A stretch of 60,000 nt of DNA, taken from Lytechinus pictus. Lineage: Eukaryota. The notes under the pieces are model-generated. The model saw only the letters and a list, made by a program, of their open reading frames with translations, did no database searches and had not been told where the DNA came from. The stretch lies in NCBI RefSeq assembly GCF_037042905.1, contig NC_087263.1:8620001-8680000 (forward strand). The letters are read 5' to 3'. The position numbers and the translations under genes are program-made. The number at the start of each line of letters is the position of its first letter. The stretch's first letter is position 1. Shown one piece after another: positions 25,045 through 38,707 of the stretch.

Positions 25045-25854
25045 GAGTTTCAATACAACAACGAATGGTGTGAAAGTAGCAAACATAAGGTGTTAATCAA
25101 ACATCGATGGGTGTTCGACTAACACCATGAATTTAACACTGATGTTAAACGGATGATGTAGTTCTTTCAGAACAATGTATGGTGTAGTTTTAACGATCTA
25201 TATTTACTTTAATAGTACAGAAGCAGTCGGTCTTCATCTCAGGTAGTCTATTACCACAAGGTATAATATTGCTTGGCTACTATCAAATTTTGCCGAACCG
25301 CCGTTTGGTCTACACTACACTTTCAGAGTAAAAACGCTGTTTAAAATAAGATAAAACGTCCTTTACCATATGAACCTTACAGTAGTTGTTTAAATGTTTA
25401 AACAACCATGCTTAATTTATTGAGAACTGAATATCAAATATTAACATTTGAGTTTCAATACAACAACGAATGGTGTGAAAGTAGCAAACATAAGGTGTTA
25501 ATCAAACATCGATGGGTGTTCGACTAACACCATGAATTTAACACTGATGTTAAACGGATGATGTAGTTCTTTCAGAACAATGTATGGTGTAGTTTTAACG
25601 ATCTATATTTACTTTAATAGTACAGAAGCAGTCGGTCTTCATCTCAGGTAGTCTATTACCACAAGGTATAATATTGCTTGGCTACTATCAAATTTTGCCG
25701 AACCGCCGTTTGGTCTACACTACACTTTCAGAGTAAAAACGCTGTTTAAAATAAGATAAAACGTTCTTTACCATATGAACCTTACAGTAGTTGTTTAAAT
25801 GTTTAAACAACCATGCTTAATTTATTGAGAACTGAATATCAAATATTAACATTT
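25045..25854 (+). repeat. Near-perfect tandem duplication, 405 bp x2
   Basis: 25045-25449 vs 25450-25854; one substitution seen (acgtcctt vs acgttctt). Confidence 0.95.
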
Positions 25855-26065
25855 GTTGTTTAAATTGTTTTAACACTTTTTAAACTGTTTAAGCAACTCT
25901 TGTAAACAGTGTTGTAAAAAAATGAATAGCATATTTAGTTCAAGTGAATAATAAACAAAACGGGTATAGTCTTGCAATTACCGAAATTAATAAAAGTTAT
26001 AAAATGGGAATTAGACCAAATGGTCTTAAGATGCATTGGTTGTAGACGAAGAAGGATTGGAACGT

Positions 26066-26357
26066 GGGCGCGTCGTGGTCTAGTGGTTCTGACTCTCGCC
26101 TTTCAAACAGAGGGTCGTGGGTTCGAATCCTAGCCGTGGCGTGTTTTCCTTCTTCAATAAATTTATCCACATTGTGCTGCTCTCAACCCAGGTGAGGTAA
26201 ATGGGTACCTGCAGGAATAATTCCTCAAAAAGCTGTGTGCACCTGAATTTGTAGCCTAGCTTAGCCGGGTAATGATAATAGCAGGGCCCGCTGGGAGAAC
26301 AGTTTTCGGAACCGAAGTGGCTACCCTGGGTAAATATGCTATTATTATTATTATTAT
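26066..26357 (+). mobile_element. Full-length tRNA-derived SINE
   Basis: A box TGGTCTAGTGG 26076-26086, B box GGTTCGAATCC 26120-26130, acccaggtg...aatgggtacc core, (ATT)n tail. Confidence 0.9.
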
Positions 26358-27313
26358 TAGTAGTAGTAGTAGTAGTAGTAGTATTATCATCATTATTATT
26401 ATCAATATTATTATTATTATTATCATAATCATTATTATTAACATTTTGGCGGAGACCAAACGGGATATAGGCAAAGTAATTGTAGACCAATAGGCAAATT
26501 AGGGTTATTAAGGTTATAACGCAATTGCTTTGCACTGTACTGTTATCTTTGGAAGATATAGTGGATATTATTTCCTTCAAACAAGACAGAAATCAAAGAG
26601 GGCGATGCAACCAGATAATAATGATAATACTAATAATGGTAAATAATAATAATTGTCATCTGTTCATGCCTAATTTATTCATATCATGACTCGACATGCG
26701 CATAACAATTAACTTCCTTTTCGGAGAAAGTTCGGAGAACCTTTATCAGTCTTACATTCACATATCCAAAAACATTAAACTTCGTCGATATCATTGATGT
26801 TTTAAAACTAAGCACGTGAAAGATACATGATTCTTGTAGCTCTTTAATGCCAAGTATCCGTAATTTTATTTCCATTTTTTTTTCATTTTGATAATGAAAA
26901 GGAATTGAAATCCACGCACAAAGAAAAACAATTTTATAAATAGGAAATCGATATCAACTATGGACGGGTATTGAAGAAAATGCGTCAGCGTGAAAAAAAA
27001 AAAGGTTTTGTGACTTCGAAACAAACTTTCCCGAAGTATTTAGAAGTGGAGAATTTTCTCGCATTTCTAAGTTTTTGTTCCTTACTTTGCAGTTAATCGG
27101 AAAATAAAATGTTGATGTTAATGTGTAAATATGGTGCATTACGGGACATGATAAAGACTCCATGTATAGTAATAAATAATGACAGAACAGAGAAAGTGAG
27201 TATATTGTGAAATATAATGTATTTACCGGAGCTCAAAAAGTGTATATGCATGTAAATTGTAGTTATTGTTTCCTTCTAAGCAACAGGATTTTCGTGGTTT
27301 CATTGTCATATTA

Positions 27314-27590
27314 TGTGTTGTGGCTCATTGGATAAGTCTTCGGACTTTGAACCACAAGGTCCGGGGTTCAAATCCCACCGCAGCGCAAGCGTCATTTGGC
27401 AAGGCGCTTATCTACATTTGCCACTCTCGACCCAGGTGTAGTAAATGGGTACCCGGTAGGAAGGAATTCCTTAAATGCTAGATGCGCCCGTACAGGGTAG
27501 CCGTGCTTAAGCCGGGGTAATAGTATGCAGCGCTTAGAAACATTTGTATTAAGCGCTATATAAATGTTGCATATTATTATAATTATTATC
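27314..27590 (+). mobile_element. tRNA-derived SINE
   Basis: A box TGGCTCATTGG 27321-27331, B box GGTTCAAATCC 27365-27375, same core, agcgctatataaat...ATT tail. Confidence 0.88.
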
Positions 27591-29721
27591 ATTGTTATTA
27601 TTAATATTATTATTATTATTATTGTTATTATTATTATTATCATCATCATTATCACTTAAAAGGGGGGGGGGGCAAGCTGACCAATACTGTTATTCACTGC
27701 GCGTTATAAATAGGTAGTCTTAAAATAAACTTTTTGAAATAACTATTAGTAAAAGAACTAATGAAGTAGCTTTACTTTTATTTGTATGATGGAACTAAAG
27801 TGGTTTCATAGGGGAAAATACTTGTTTTCATACCTTTTATATAAATTATTGCGGTATGAGTGTTTTCAGTAGTTTATTAGTGTGTTATGATTCATGTGCG
27901 TTTATATGTTATGACTACACAGCTCTGAATAGTGCATTATGGGTTGGGAACCTGGCCAAATATCATTAATAGAGGACTTTGTATGGAGCTATACATGCAA
28001 ACCAGCTGGTTCGTATTACCTTTTAATGCATTGAGTTTGAACGTTTCTCTAAAAAGTCAATCTCAGGTTATCCAAGAAAATAAATTTGAAAATAAATAAG
28101 TTTAATCATGTTACCTTTCTTTAGAATCAAACTTGGGGTTTTATATTTTAAAAAGAAACATAAAAAAAAACTTGGGGTTTTATATTTAAAAATAAAAACA
28201 TAATAATATGTATATTTCATTAATGATGGAAATCTTCTCGGGGTTTTGCCATCTTGTTATATTTTGAAGTTTATAACTAAATAATCAATTTATATAATTT
28301 ACGTAAAGTGCATCTTTATTTGACATGTACAATGGTAGAAGGTAGACTATACATGCACGATCTGCTCACTCGAATGCCTAAATGAAGGCAAAAATCAATA
28401 CTAATTGCAACGTATCTACGTCAAACAAGGGTCTTCCAATAAACTCCACCTAGATTTCCGGTAATGTTTCCAAAATAAGTACGATCGATTCATCTCCCTG
28501 AGAAATATGTTGAAATTTCATCAGTTTTCATTTTCCTGTTTTTTTTAGCTGTCCATATAATTTTTGTTTTATTTTATTATGATTTATTTCCTTTTATCTT
28601 ACTATGATTTATTTTAATTTGTAACTTTTATTTCATTTTATGTTGATGTTCTTAAATCATTTTTGTGACTGTGTGTGTCTTTATATAATGTTTTTATTGA
28701 ATTGGACTGTTTGCCTTTTATTACTTTCTGTATACTTTTTGTATACTTTTTCTGATTACAGGCAACTCTCATGTATAATTGCACGTTTAACATCGTGAAT
28801 AAGTTAAGTCAAACAAACAAACAATATTATTACCCATTTATATACTATCAATGTATTCCGTAGGGAATATTTCATAGTAATCTTTTCTGACTGTTTAACG
28901 TTAAAAAAAATAAAACAACTCAGAAGCTAAGTCTAAACCCTTCGCTTGAATTATTAAACTAAAAAAAAAACGTGTTTTAAAAATAAATTTCCAAGTGAAA
29001 CAACTTTCAAATTCTTACATTTCCTCAAAGAAAGAAGGGGAGGGTTGGGGTCATTGCCGGCGGAAACCACAAATTTTAGGGGGACCACCAAAGTTTTTGA
29101 CAAGCAAAATAAAAGGTTATCAACCCAAAATTTTAGGGAGGGACGCAGGAAAAAAAAATTTACAAGCAAAAAAAAAAAAAAAAAGGTTATCAACACAAAA
29201 TCTAGGGAGGGGGGGGGGGTCGTCCCCCACCTAAGGTTTAGGGGGGACACGTCCCCCCGTTTCCGCCGCCTATGGTTGGGATGAAGGATTGAAATGTAAA
29301 TAAAGATTTTGAAGCTCAGATACATGCATTTCAGTCCATCCCAGGCGGAGCCGGTGATCAGTCATTCTTGAAAAAAAAATAATAAATCAGGTTTTAATTC
29401 ATGATCTGGAAAAATAGGATAGACAAGTGTGGTGTCAGTGGTTTGATGGGGCGCATATCATTCCTCCGTTCAACCCAACATACACATATTGTATGAAAGA
29501 AATTAAACTAAATTTGTACACGCACCTAACAGACCTTTTAGCCCGTTTAAGCTTTGATATTGAATACAAACACTGAATTTCATTTAAAATCAAATAAATT
29601 CAGTTCTGTTTTTATTGCGGCCAAATAGTAAAATGGGAAAAAGTCCGGAAATTCATATTATCATACTAATATTATGCACATGTGTCAGTTATTTCGTTTG
29701 TTTATCAAACTTTACAATACA

Positions 29722-29899
29722 CACTGCAAAAACAACACCAGTTTGGAATCAAACCGATGCTGTTTTAGTACTAATTGGTGTTGTGTAAACACCTATCTGG
29801 TGTTAGACTAATACCAAAACCGGTGTTGTTTAACACTTCTGTGGTGTGGACTTATAGATTCCGGGCTGGTGTTAAATCAACACCGGAGTTTTTGCAGTG
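29722..29899. mobile_element. CACTG-ended MITE copy with a deletion in the left arm
   Basis: CACTGCAAAAAC joined directly to AACACCAGTTTGG; right TIR intact. Confidence 0.85.
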
Positions 29900-31197
29900 T
29901 ACAATTTCAACAGGGTTTAAGTAATCAACAAGTTTGATAAGCAAAGAGGGTGACCAACCAGCAAAACGAAGAAGAACTAAAAAACAAAACAAAAACAATA
30001 TAGATAATCTCTCTCCTATTGAACCCCCCATGCAATTTTTCAATGCTTTTGCTCCACCGCCCATACTCCTCCATTACCCAGCTCAATGGACATAGATCCG
30101 TGCCATCCGATTGATCTTCGCGATGCCACCGTAGCCTCAAGTATGGAAAACGACCCTCTTCTCGAATAACAGGGGTAATACAATACCCTCTTCTTCCACT
30201 CTTAATGCACATGGAGAGTGCACTCGCATTCGATTTTTCACCGCCATGCAGTGTGAAATGGAAAGGAGAATATTCCTCCATTCATATTTATTTTTCATTT
30301 CTGCATTTTCTGATGGTTTCGAATTCTATAATTCTAGATATTCAGTTTGATAGTTATTATTGAATCGGTGATACTTGTTTACTATTGTGATAATCATTAA
30401 TTTGCCATCTATTATGTTTTGTTTTATTCCGTTGATAATTAATCTATTCATTTACCAGTTAATTCACCAGCTGGCTCGCTAGTTACCAATCTATTTATTT
30501 ATGGAATTAAATCAAATTCATACGGTGCAGTTTTATAGCATGCTGAGTATACAACATAAATATTACATTGATCTGAATAATTATTTATAGGTCTGGAATA
30601 CTGCTTATCTGCGACTTAGGAAACAGATGGATGAGAACGACATGAAACAATGCAATTGTTATCAAAGATTGGCTCCGAATAATCACCGTTTTGAAGTAGT
30701 TTTCCATATATCACAAAATGTGTGATGTCTATTTTATTTTTCTTGGAATATGATTACAGACCTGTCGATTTATGGATCGTTTTGAACAGTTGAACAAAAT
30801 TATATGCAATTGACCTATATATCATGATGATGTGTGAACTTATCAACTTGTTTCGTGAGAGCCAACAGTTATATATTTTTTTTATACATGACTCATTACT
30901 GATAAATCCCATCGGAAAGTAACTGAACACCGGGTTATCATAATTACACCTGGCGACACCGGAATAATTTTTTCTCATGGAAATTCCTTGTTTGTTTTTT
31001 TCAGACAAACTAAGTTTTAATACATTATACCCTGATTTTGAGTTTATGCATCCATTTTTATTTATTTATTCTTTTTATCTTTTAATTACTTTTATTTCCA
31101 TAACTTCACAAAATAATTATTGTCATTATACATTAAAAAAGGAGCAAGAAGAAGACAAAATATATGTATATAGCGCCGGTAGTTACACGTAAATGCA

Positions 31198-31480
31198 GGT
31201 GAGCATTTCATGAAAGGACTTGTCGGATGTTTTATCCGACAAGTCTTATTTTATCTTACAGTTACCATAGTTACATTGCTCCACAGCCAATCAAAATCAA
31301 GGAAAGTTGTCAGATCTGACAACTTGTGCACTAGCGTACCGTGACTCGGAGGAGACAAAGCACAGGGGGGGCAAAGCATTGTTCACAGACAATGCAGTGC
31401 CCCCCCCCCTGTGCTTTGTCTCCTGCGGTTCACGGTACGCTACTGAACTTGTGTGAAGAAAGTGTTGATGACATGCTCTC
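31198..31480. mobile_element. TTTCATGAAA-family MITE (Harbinger-like) interrupted by a nested hAT MITE
   Basis: gagcatttcatgaaaggacttgtcgga...ttgatgacatgctctc; reverse homolog at 34719-34861. Confidence 0.72.
31329..31445. mobile_element. Tiny hairpin hAT-like MITE with 8-bp TSD AACTTGTG
   Basis: CACTAGCGTACCGTGA...TCACGGTACGCTACTG; AACTTGTG at 31321-31328 and 31446-31453. Confidence 0.9.
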
Positions 31481-31803
31481 TAGATCCTCTTTTTTTATAA
31501 TATCAATGAATGAATGATTATGACACAACTTTTGATTTTTGTTTCGCAATGTTTTTCTTGCGTTGTGTTACTCAAAGAACAGTCAGAATAAAGGTCGATG
31601 CGATACTGACTCAAGAGGACTCCTCTCCGAAAATTGATTGAAAAGGACAACGACCAAGGGTAACTGTACGCAAGAGCAAACATTGAATAGAATCACCTTG
31701 CATGTAGAAATAATAAGCTGTCTCTACCTCCTCGCTTAAACACTTTCACATCCAGCATCTTCCTTTTCTTATTTTACTTGCAGATCTCGGCCGCAGCCTT
31801 GTC

Positions 31804-31864
31804 TGACGTCATTCCCTAATGAGAAAAAGCTATAAAAGTCCTACAGCGCCGCCACCGTCAGCTT
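31804..31864 (+). promoter_or_regulatory. Candidate Pol II core promoter: CRE + TATA + Inr-like
   Basis: TGACGTCA 31804-31811, TATAAAA 31831-31837, TCAGCTT with A at 31860 (29 bp after the TATA start). Confidence 0.55.
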
Positions 31865-32513
31865 CTTACCAGGAATACTACCGAGTCTTTTAAAGCTTGA
31901 AGTTATTTCTCTATGACTGACACTGGTAAATAAGCCTGCGATCTGTGAGTATTACACTACCATTTTCATGACTGGAGTCAATACATACAGCACCAAAAAA
32001 CATTATTTTCTCCTCCTGTTCCTTACAAGTTCATCTGATTAACCGCGTCCTCCACGAGCAAATACAAAAAAAAAACACACACAACCTTTTAGCTTCATTT
32101 CGGATCGAATTTTGTTTTGCGAACTCGCAGCTATATTTTCTGTGAATACTACGGATGCAATTAGCTTATTGGATGCTGGCCGATGTGCATTGACTTCTTA
32201 ATTGGTATATCATCTCAACAACGCGTCGTTTACACTGCATTTTATGATATAATGGATACATTTCGGCCGTTGGTTTCCAATTTCCTAGCTTTAAAGTGTG
32301 TTGGTGGTTATGAGTAATCGGAGGAAATCCATTTCCATTTTCGAGCGGGAATTTTAGATGACATTTGCCAACCCCAGCCGTAACACGGACGGCTTCTTCT
32401 CGCCCTCAATGTGAATATCATGGTATCTGTCTTCATCTCATTAAGACTATCAACACATTCAACGAATTCACTGGACTAAACTACTTGGAAATCAACTTTC
32501 TACGCTCGGAAAG
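31860..32513 (+). other. Candidate non-coding first exon
   Basis: Unique sequence from the putative TSS to an AAG|GTATGG donor; no ATG-initiated frame reaching the donor was seen. Confidence 0.35.
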
Positions 32514-33259
32514 GTATGGTTACAATACATATAATTTAATTCAGTCATATTTATACATGTATCCTGTTATGATATAAAACAGGGTTTTTTTTTTTTTTTT
32601 TTTTTTGGGGGGGGGGTAAGTATATGATGTATCTCTGTTAAAGGTGAATCGATGATAAGGGACATCATTTTAATCATATGTGGTATCATTCATATGTTTT
32701 ATGAATCTTTCATTTCTGTGAATGTTCTTGTCAATATTATTCATTTTTGTGGTTTCATAATTAAAAAAATCACAAGACACCCGATAAGTACACCCCTGAC
32801 AAGTTGGAAATAAACCATTCTCATTTCTATTTGTTAACATCGTTATCGTAAACAATTTCAATGCGTCATTATTTTTGTTTATTTATCTTTATTATTAAAG
32901 TCAGTAGTGTGTCACTGTCACTGTCATTGCTATATTTATGGTTTCTATTTCCTACTCTCCCATCATTACCCTTATGATATTTATAATATCATATTTCAAG
33001 TTTATCAATTATAATGAACTCGGAGTTTACAATTCGCATACCATATTCTTTATATATCATTATCACCATTGCCATGCACACTCGTGGATCAAGCAGGGGG
33101 TGGGGGGGGGGGGCTTGCACTCAAATACTTTTGTTTCTCTTTGCCAACAATTACTGTATGCAAGTAAATATCCCTGTTTAAAGGCTAACATATTTTAGGG
33201 GCGGTATGCGGAGGATGGTACTGGGAGATGTTTTCATCCCCTTCTGGTAAATGCATCCC

Positions 33260-33432
33260 GGGGGCCGTTTCATAAAGCTGTTCTTAAGTTAAGAGCGACT
33301 TTAAGAACGACTGGTGATCCTTTCTTACGAGCTAAACCATTGCCATTGAATATACCATTTACCATAAGAAAGGATCACCAGTCGTTCTTAAAGTCGCTCT
33401 TAACATACGAACAGCTTTATGAAACACCCACC
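33260..33432. mobile_element. Palindromic MITE (GGGG..TTTCATAAAG family)
   Basis: Near-perfect ~170-bp hairpin: gtttcataaagctgtt...aacagctttatgaaac. Confidence 0.88.
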
Positions 33433-33467
33433 AGGTCGCATATGAATGACTGAATGAATCCGATGAC

Positions 33468-33608
33468 CGGGGTAATTATATATCTGCAAAGCGCTTAGAC
33501 ACGTCGTTCCGATGTATTAAGCGTTATATAAAAGCGGAATATCATTATTATTATTGTTATTATTATTATTATTATTATCATTATCATCATCATCATCATT
33601 ATTATTAT
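33468..33608 (+). mobile_element. SINE 3' end remnant with ATT/CAT tail
   Basis: ccggggtaat...agcgcttaga...attaagcgttatataa resembles the 3' end of the SINE at 27314. Confidence 0.6.
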
Positions 33609-33967
33609 TAATGACGTGAATCACTGATCCAAGCATTAAGCTCGTGTAAGTGAGCGATTCTGTTATTGTCTGAAGGAAGGGCTATTTCACTAAAAACATC
33701 CAGGCATAGTTGAATAATGCGTTTACTTGCGTTTTCAAACTTCAGGCTTTTGGAAGTGATAATCCTACATGTGCCAAAAGCAGTATGATCGCCACGAGAT
33801 AACGTGTTAATCACGTGGCCCTGTACCTGATACACGTTACCTGAACTACTAGTAAACATGATTTCCCACGTTTCTTTTCAGTCTACACGTTCAACTGCTT
33901 CCAACTACTTAAAATGGCACGTTGGATAGTCAGTAATAAAGCTATCAGGGCACTCAATGTGTCCTAC

Positions 33968-34266
33968 CAGGGGCGTCGATCCATGTTTTGTATTATGCCC
34001 AGAAAATTCGGCGCGAGGAGCACCAACTTATAATACACAATTACACAATATTGCGCGTAAAGCGCTCAGAAAAACTGATGATTTTCTATGTCTACTTGTA
34101 TTTTATGCTCGGTTTAATGGTTTTATATAGTGCTTCTCATTATATGCATATCCATTACATTTTATTTTTTCAAGTTGAAAAAAAAAAATTGAGTGTTGAG
34201 GAAGGGAAAATCGATACGTTTTCCCCCATATTTTCAGGGCGATCGCCCCCTGGATCGACGTCTATG
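33968..34266. mobile_element. Short TIR element (CAGGGGCGTCGATCCA...TGGATCGACGTCTATG)
   Basis: Imperfect 16-bp terminal inverted repeats; TSD not clear. Confidence 0.6.
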
Positions 34267-34465
34267 TGTACGTGTAAAAACGCGCATGTACATGTACGTA
34301 CCTTAACCTAGAAGATTGTAATAGGAATCAAGTGATTATCTCTAAGCCCGATCCTTATCTCTAATCTAAACCTGATCCTTTATTATAGTGGCTACGGATG
34401 TCATAAATGCTAATTTCATGTCACTTGTTCCTTATTACAAAAAAAGAGCAACGACGCAGACTCAT

Positions 34466-34663
34466 GGGGCAGTTTCATGAAGCTGTTCATAAATTACGTT
34501 TAAGAGTGACTTTAAGAACGAATTGTGATCCTTTCTTGTGGTAAATGATATTCACCATTAAATGTGTGTTTGGTGATTAATAAGCGTAAGAAAGGTTCAC
34601 CAGTCGTTCTTAAATTCGCTCTTAAAGTCGCTCTTACCTTGCTGACAGCTTTATGAAACACCC
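34466..34663. mobile_element. Palindromic MITE (GGGG..TTTCATAAAG family)
   Basis: Homologous to 33260-33432. Confidence 0.8.
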
Positions 34664-34718
34664 ACTAGACCGACTGATAAGTCGCCATTTGAAGCAACGT
34701 GATAAATTTGGTCGATCT

Positions 34719-34861
34719 GGGAAAGCGTTTCATCAAAAATTTCGTCTGACATGTTGTTAGATCTGACTTATTTCCTTTATTTTGATTGGCTGAGAGGCAC
34801 TGTTACTATGGCAACTGTCGGGGGAAAATGTCCGACAAGTCCTTCTAAAGAACCGTTCCCC
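34719..34861. mobile_element. TTTCATGAAA-family MITE, uninterrupted copy in reverse orientation
   Basis: agatctgac...ttttgattggctgagaggcactgttactatgg.aactgtcgg...tccgacaagtcct is the reverse complement of the 31198 element. Confidence 0.7.
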
Positions 34862-35502
34862 TGGACTTAGTTTTGCATGTGTGAAAGTAGCACTATTTTT
34901 TCCTCCTATATGTTTCTTTATATCTATCAATCTTTTATAATTTTTTTTCCAGTTATTATTTTGATGGGGGTATATTATTATCGTTACCGAAGAAGGTGGA
35001 TATGGATTTTATTCAAAATTGTATGGACAAGGAGAATAGGTGAGCTTTCAGTTAATTTCCATAGTATTGAGGTAGAATCAGATAAAATGGCCACTGATTG
35101 CTCGTAATATGCCTAGTTCGAATTACGATAAAGATATGACCCAACTGAAACAGGTGGGCGGCAATTTGCGGGTATCGTCCCGTTCATTCATCATGTTTAT
35201 TGCTTTTGGCAGCGCACGTGATTCTCGGCAGAATTTAAATGATTTTGATCACTTCACACAGAAGAAAAAAAATATTTGCATTATTTAGGTGGATTGTAAG
35301 CAACGTTTCTCGAATTATTTTGAAATTAGTTTTAAATTATGAATTCCAAACAACTTATAAACGCGAGCAGAACTGACAATCTTTTGAAAGAGTTAGTTAT
35401 AGAAGGTAATTCTTCAACAATATCAATTTTTCCGTATGGCTATCCCACCTCCTTCAACCGCAATAAGCCTATTTGCACGTATTGATACTAATATTAAACT
35501 TT

Positions 35503-35989
<487 letters not shown>

Positions 35990-36402
35990 GTTGTTAGGTA
36001 TCATACTGTCAACGAATTGGCGCCCAACCTCCTCACCATCTTGGGGAAACAAAATAGGTATTTTACTCTATTTGTAATCATGGTAATAACCCCGATCGTC
36101 AACCCATCACTATCTTATTGCACATCGTATGCACTTGTCATTTCGAATAAGGTCCATTAGAGATAGTGGGGAAGGTTGCCATTGAATAGCATCACGTTCT
36201 GCAGGTAACTCCCCCCCCCCTTCATGAGCTTCCCGTCATAAATATACTTGTTCACTATGGATACGATTCGATGCAGTGGAAAAGCTTGAATCACATTTTA
36301 AACGGCAAGTGATTGCATTGAGTATTGCATGCATAGAGTATGACGGCTGCCACCAGTAGTTTTCTCTCTTAGAATGTATTGTTCATCAATACCATCAAAA
36401 TA

Positions 36403-36594
36403 TGGTTCCATGACATTTGCTCCGGCGACAATTGCTCTGCTCTAGATTCCACACACTAATCAAATGGCCAACTTCAACTCTGGGTTTAAAACACTATACC
36501 CTACCCTAAACCTAACATGAAACCCTTAGCCCTAACCCTACATCTGATATGAAATTAAGCCAGGAGCAATTGTCACATGAGCAAATTTCGTGTC
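36403..36594. mobile_element. Short non-autonomous element with a CCCTAA-like core (Helentron/HINE-like)
   Basis: gacatttgctccggcgacaattgctc...ccctaaccct...ggagcaattgtc.catgagcaaat. Confidence 0.6.
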
Positions 36595-36624
36595 AGTTAA
36601 GAGTCACTATCATCTAGATTATCG

Positions 36625-36840
36625 TCGTCATCATCATCATCATCATTTCAACATCATCGTCCTTACCACCACCTTCATCATTATCATCATTGTAATAGTT
36701 ACCATCATGACCATCATCAAACATCAACATTATCATCAGCATCATGAACCCAGCACTTTTATCATAATGTTATCATCATATCCTGATTATCACCTTCGTA
36801 ACCATCACTGTCGTCTCCATTATAATCATATTATTATCTC
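36625..36840. repeat. Degenerate (CAT)n low-complexity tract
   Basis: catcatcat runs that produce a His/Ile-rich ORF. Confidence 0.85.
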
Positions 36841-36910
36841 TACCATCTCTATTAGCTGCCGCTACAGACGAGGAAGCGGCAACGTCATAATTTTTCCGGG
36901 TGTTTTTTTC

Positions 36911-37512
36911 GTCCACCCCAGAAAAATGTTGATTTGAATAAATAAACAAAAATTAAACTACCATAACACTGAACATTTCATCAAAATCGGATGTAAAATA
37001 AGAAAGTTATGATATTTAAAGGTTTCGCTTATGTTCACAAAACAGTAATATGCACAGCTCAGTGACATGCAAGTGAGACAGTCGATGGTGTCCCTCACTG
37101 ACCTTTTTTCTTTTCTTGTGTATCGTTAGAATTTTACAATATTTCATTTTTTACAGATTTGACAATAAGGACCAACTTGACTGATACATACGGTATTAAA
37201 ACAATGCAAATGTCACATGTTCATGAAGGTATTAATCGTTGTTTCACTTGACAATGAGGAGATAATTTGAATTTTTCATATTTCTCATAATAAAATACAA
37301 AATAAATAGTGAGTGGATGATGGCATCAGTCTCCTCATCTGCATGCCGACCAGGATGTGCATATCACTGTTTTGTGAAATTAAGCGAAACTTTAAAATGT
37401 CATAACTTCCTTATTCTACGTCAGATTTTGATGAAATTTTCAGTGTTATGATTGTTGGATTTTTCTCTCATTATTCAAATCAACTTCTTGTTGGGGTGGA
37501 CTTGTCTTTTAA
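36911..37512. mobile_element. Kolobok-like non-autonomous DNA transposon, left terminus eroded
   Basis: gtccacccca...tggggtggacttgtctttTAA; internal inverted blocks atttcatcaaaatc/gattttgatgaaat. Confidence 0.7.
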
Positions 37513-38464
37513 GAACTAAAGGATGGTTAAAATTATATATGTATATTTGGTGCAGTCCGCCCCCAACAAAATACCAGCCAAACCATAATGAACCACAATG
37601 TCACACTGATTTCGCTGATATTGCAATCAGTAGGTCGATTAGTGTCTCTGTTGTTTCCTTATCAGGCAAGCCATTCTTAGAGCCACTCGTTTCACTGATC
37701 ATGATCATGGGGGAAGCTGGTAAATTACAATGCATTTTGTGTTTTGACTTAACCCTCTCAGAAATCATGTCACTTAAATGTCTATACAACACATAAACAT
37801 CATCAAACATCTGAAAATTAACATGCCGACAGACTTTCTTTTTCACAAAACCTCGTTCGCGGCGACTCTCTCCATTGATATTTCACACGCGCGGAAAATT
37901 GGGAATTTTTGACAGATCCCGTTGCCTAGCAATTCGAATAGATGACACCGGCGGTGAATAATTCATGTCACTTGTCTGTGTATAATGAGATTGAGAGAAG
38001 CTAGATTCATGATTTCCCTGAAGTAATTACTGGGAGGGTTTCGGTCTTTCCTACAAGATGCCTCTGTTTTATTTACAGGCAAAGCACATGTTTTTACCGC
38101 TATAAGCCGCGAAAACATGCATCAAGTTAATTATTTTGCAATACTAAAAATAACTAATGACGCTGCTTCGTTGTCATTATGCATGAGCATAGATTGGTGA
38201 CTTATTAACATAAGATGAATTATGTTCTCATCTTTCCTCTCCTGCTTTGAATCGTGTACGTGGTTGTTGAAAAAGGTAATAAGAATATCAGTGATTTCAT
38301 ATCTTCATAAGATGTAAATTTGTAGGTTTGGGGATACGGATTCATCCACCGTCAACGGTATTTTTTTTTCAAATCTAAATGATACGGAATAATCGAAATG
38401 GATATACTTCTTTTTAAGTGAATGTGGGATGTTGGTGGGTGGCGCCCGCGTGTGTATGTGCATG

Positions 38465-38707
38465 CACTGGAAAAATTCCGGTGTTGATTTAACACCAGCC
38501 CGGAATTCTATATATGTCCACATTAGACAAGTGTTAAACAACACCAGTTTCGTTTTGGTCTAAAACCAGAAAAGTGTTTATACAACACCGATTAGTATTA
38601 AAACAGCATCGGTTTGATTCCAAACTGGTGTTGTTTCATTACTTCTCTGATGTGGACATATATATATTCCGGGCTGGTGTTAAATCAACACCGGAGTTTT
38701 TGCAGTG
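38465..38707. mobile_element. CACTG-ended MITE copy, TSD TG
   Basis: TG-CACTGGAAAAATTCCGG...CCGGAGTTTTTGCAGTG-TG. Confidence 0.9.

Noticed and set aside
26066..26140. tRNA gene (also 27314-27380 and 43270-43342)
   Set aside because: A and B boxes are present but run into SINE bodies and tails; the cloverleaf is imperfect
36495..36542. Interstitial telomere (CCCTAA)
   Set aside because: Only a few degenerate units, located inside a dispersed repeat that has a second copy at 17655
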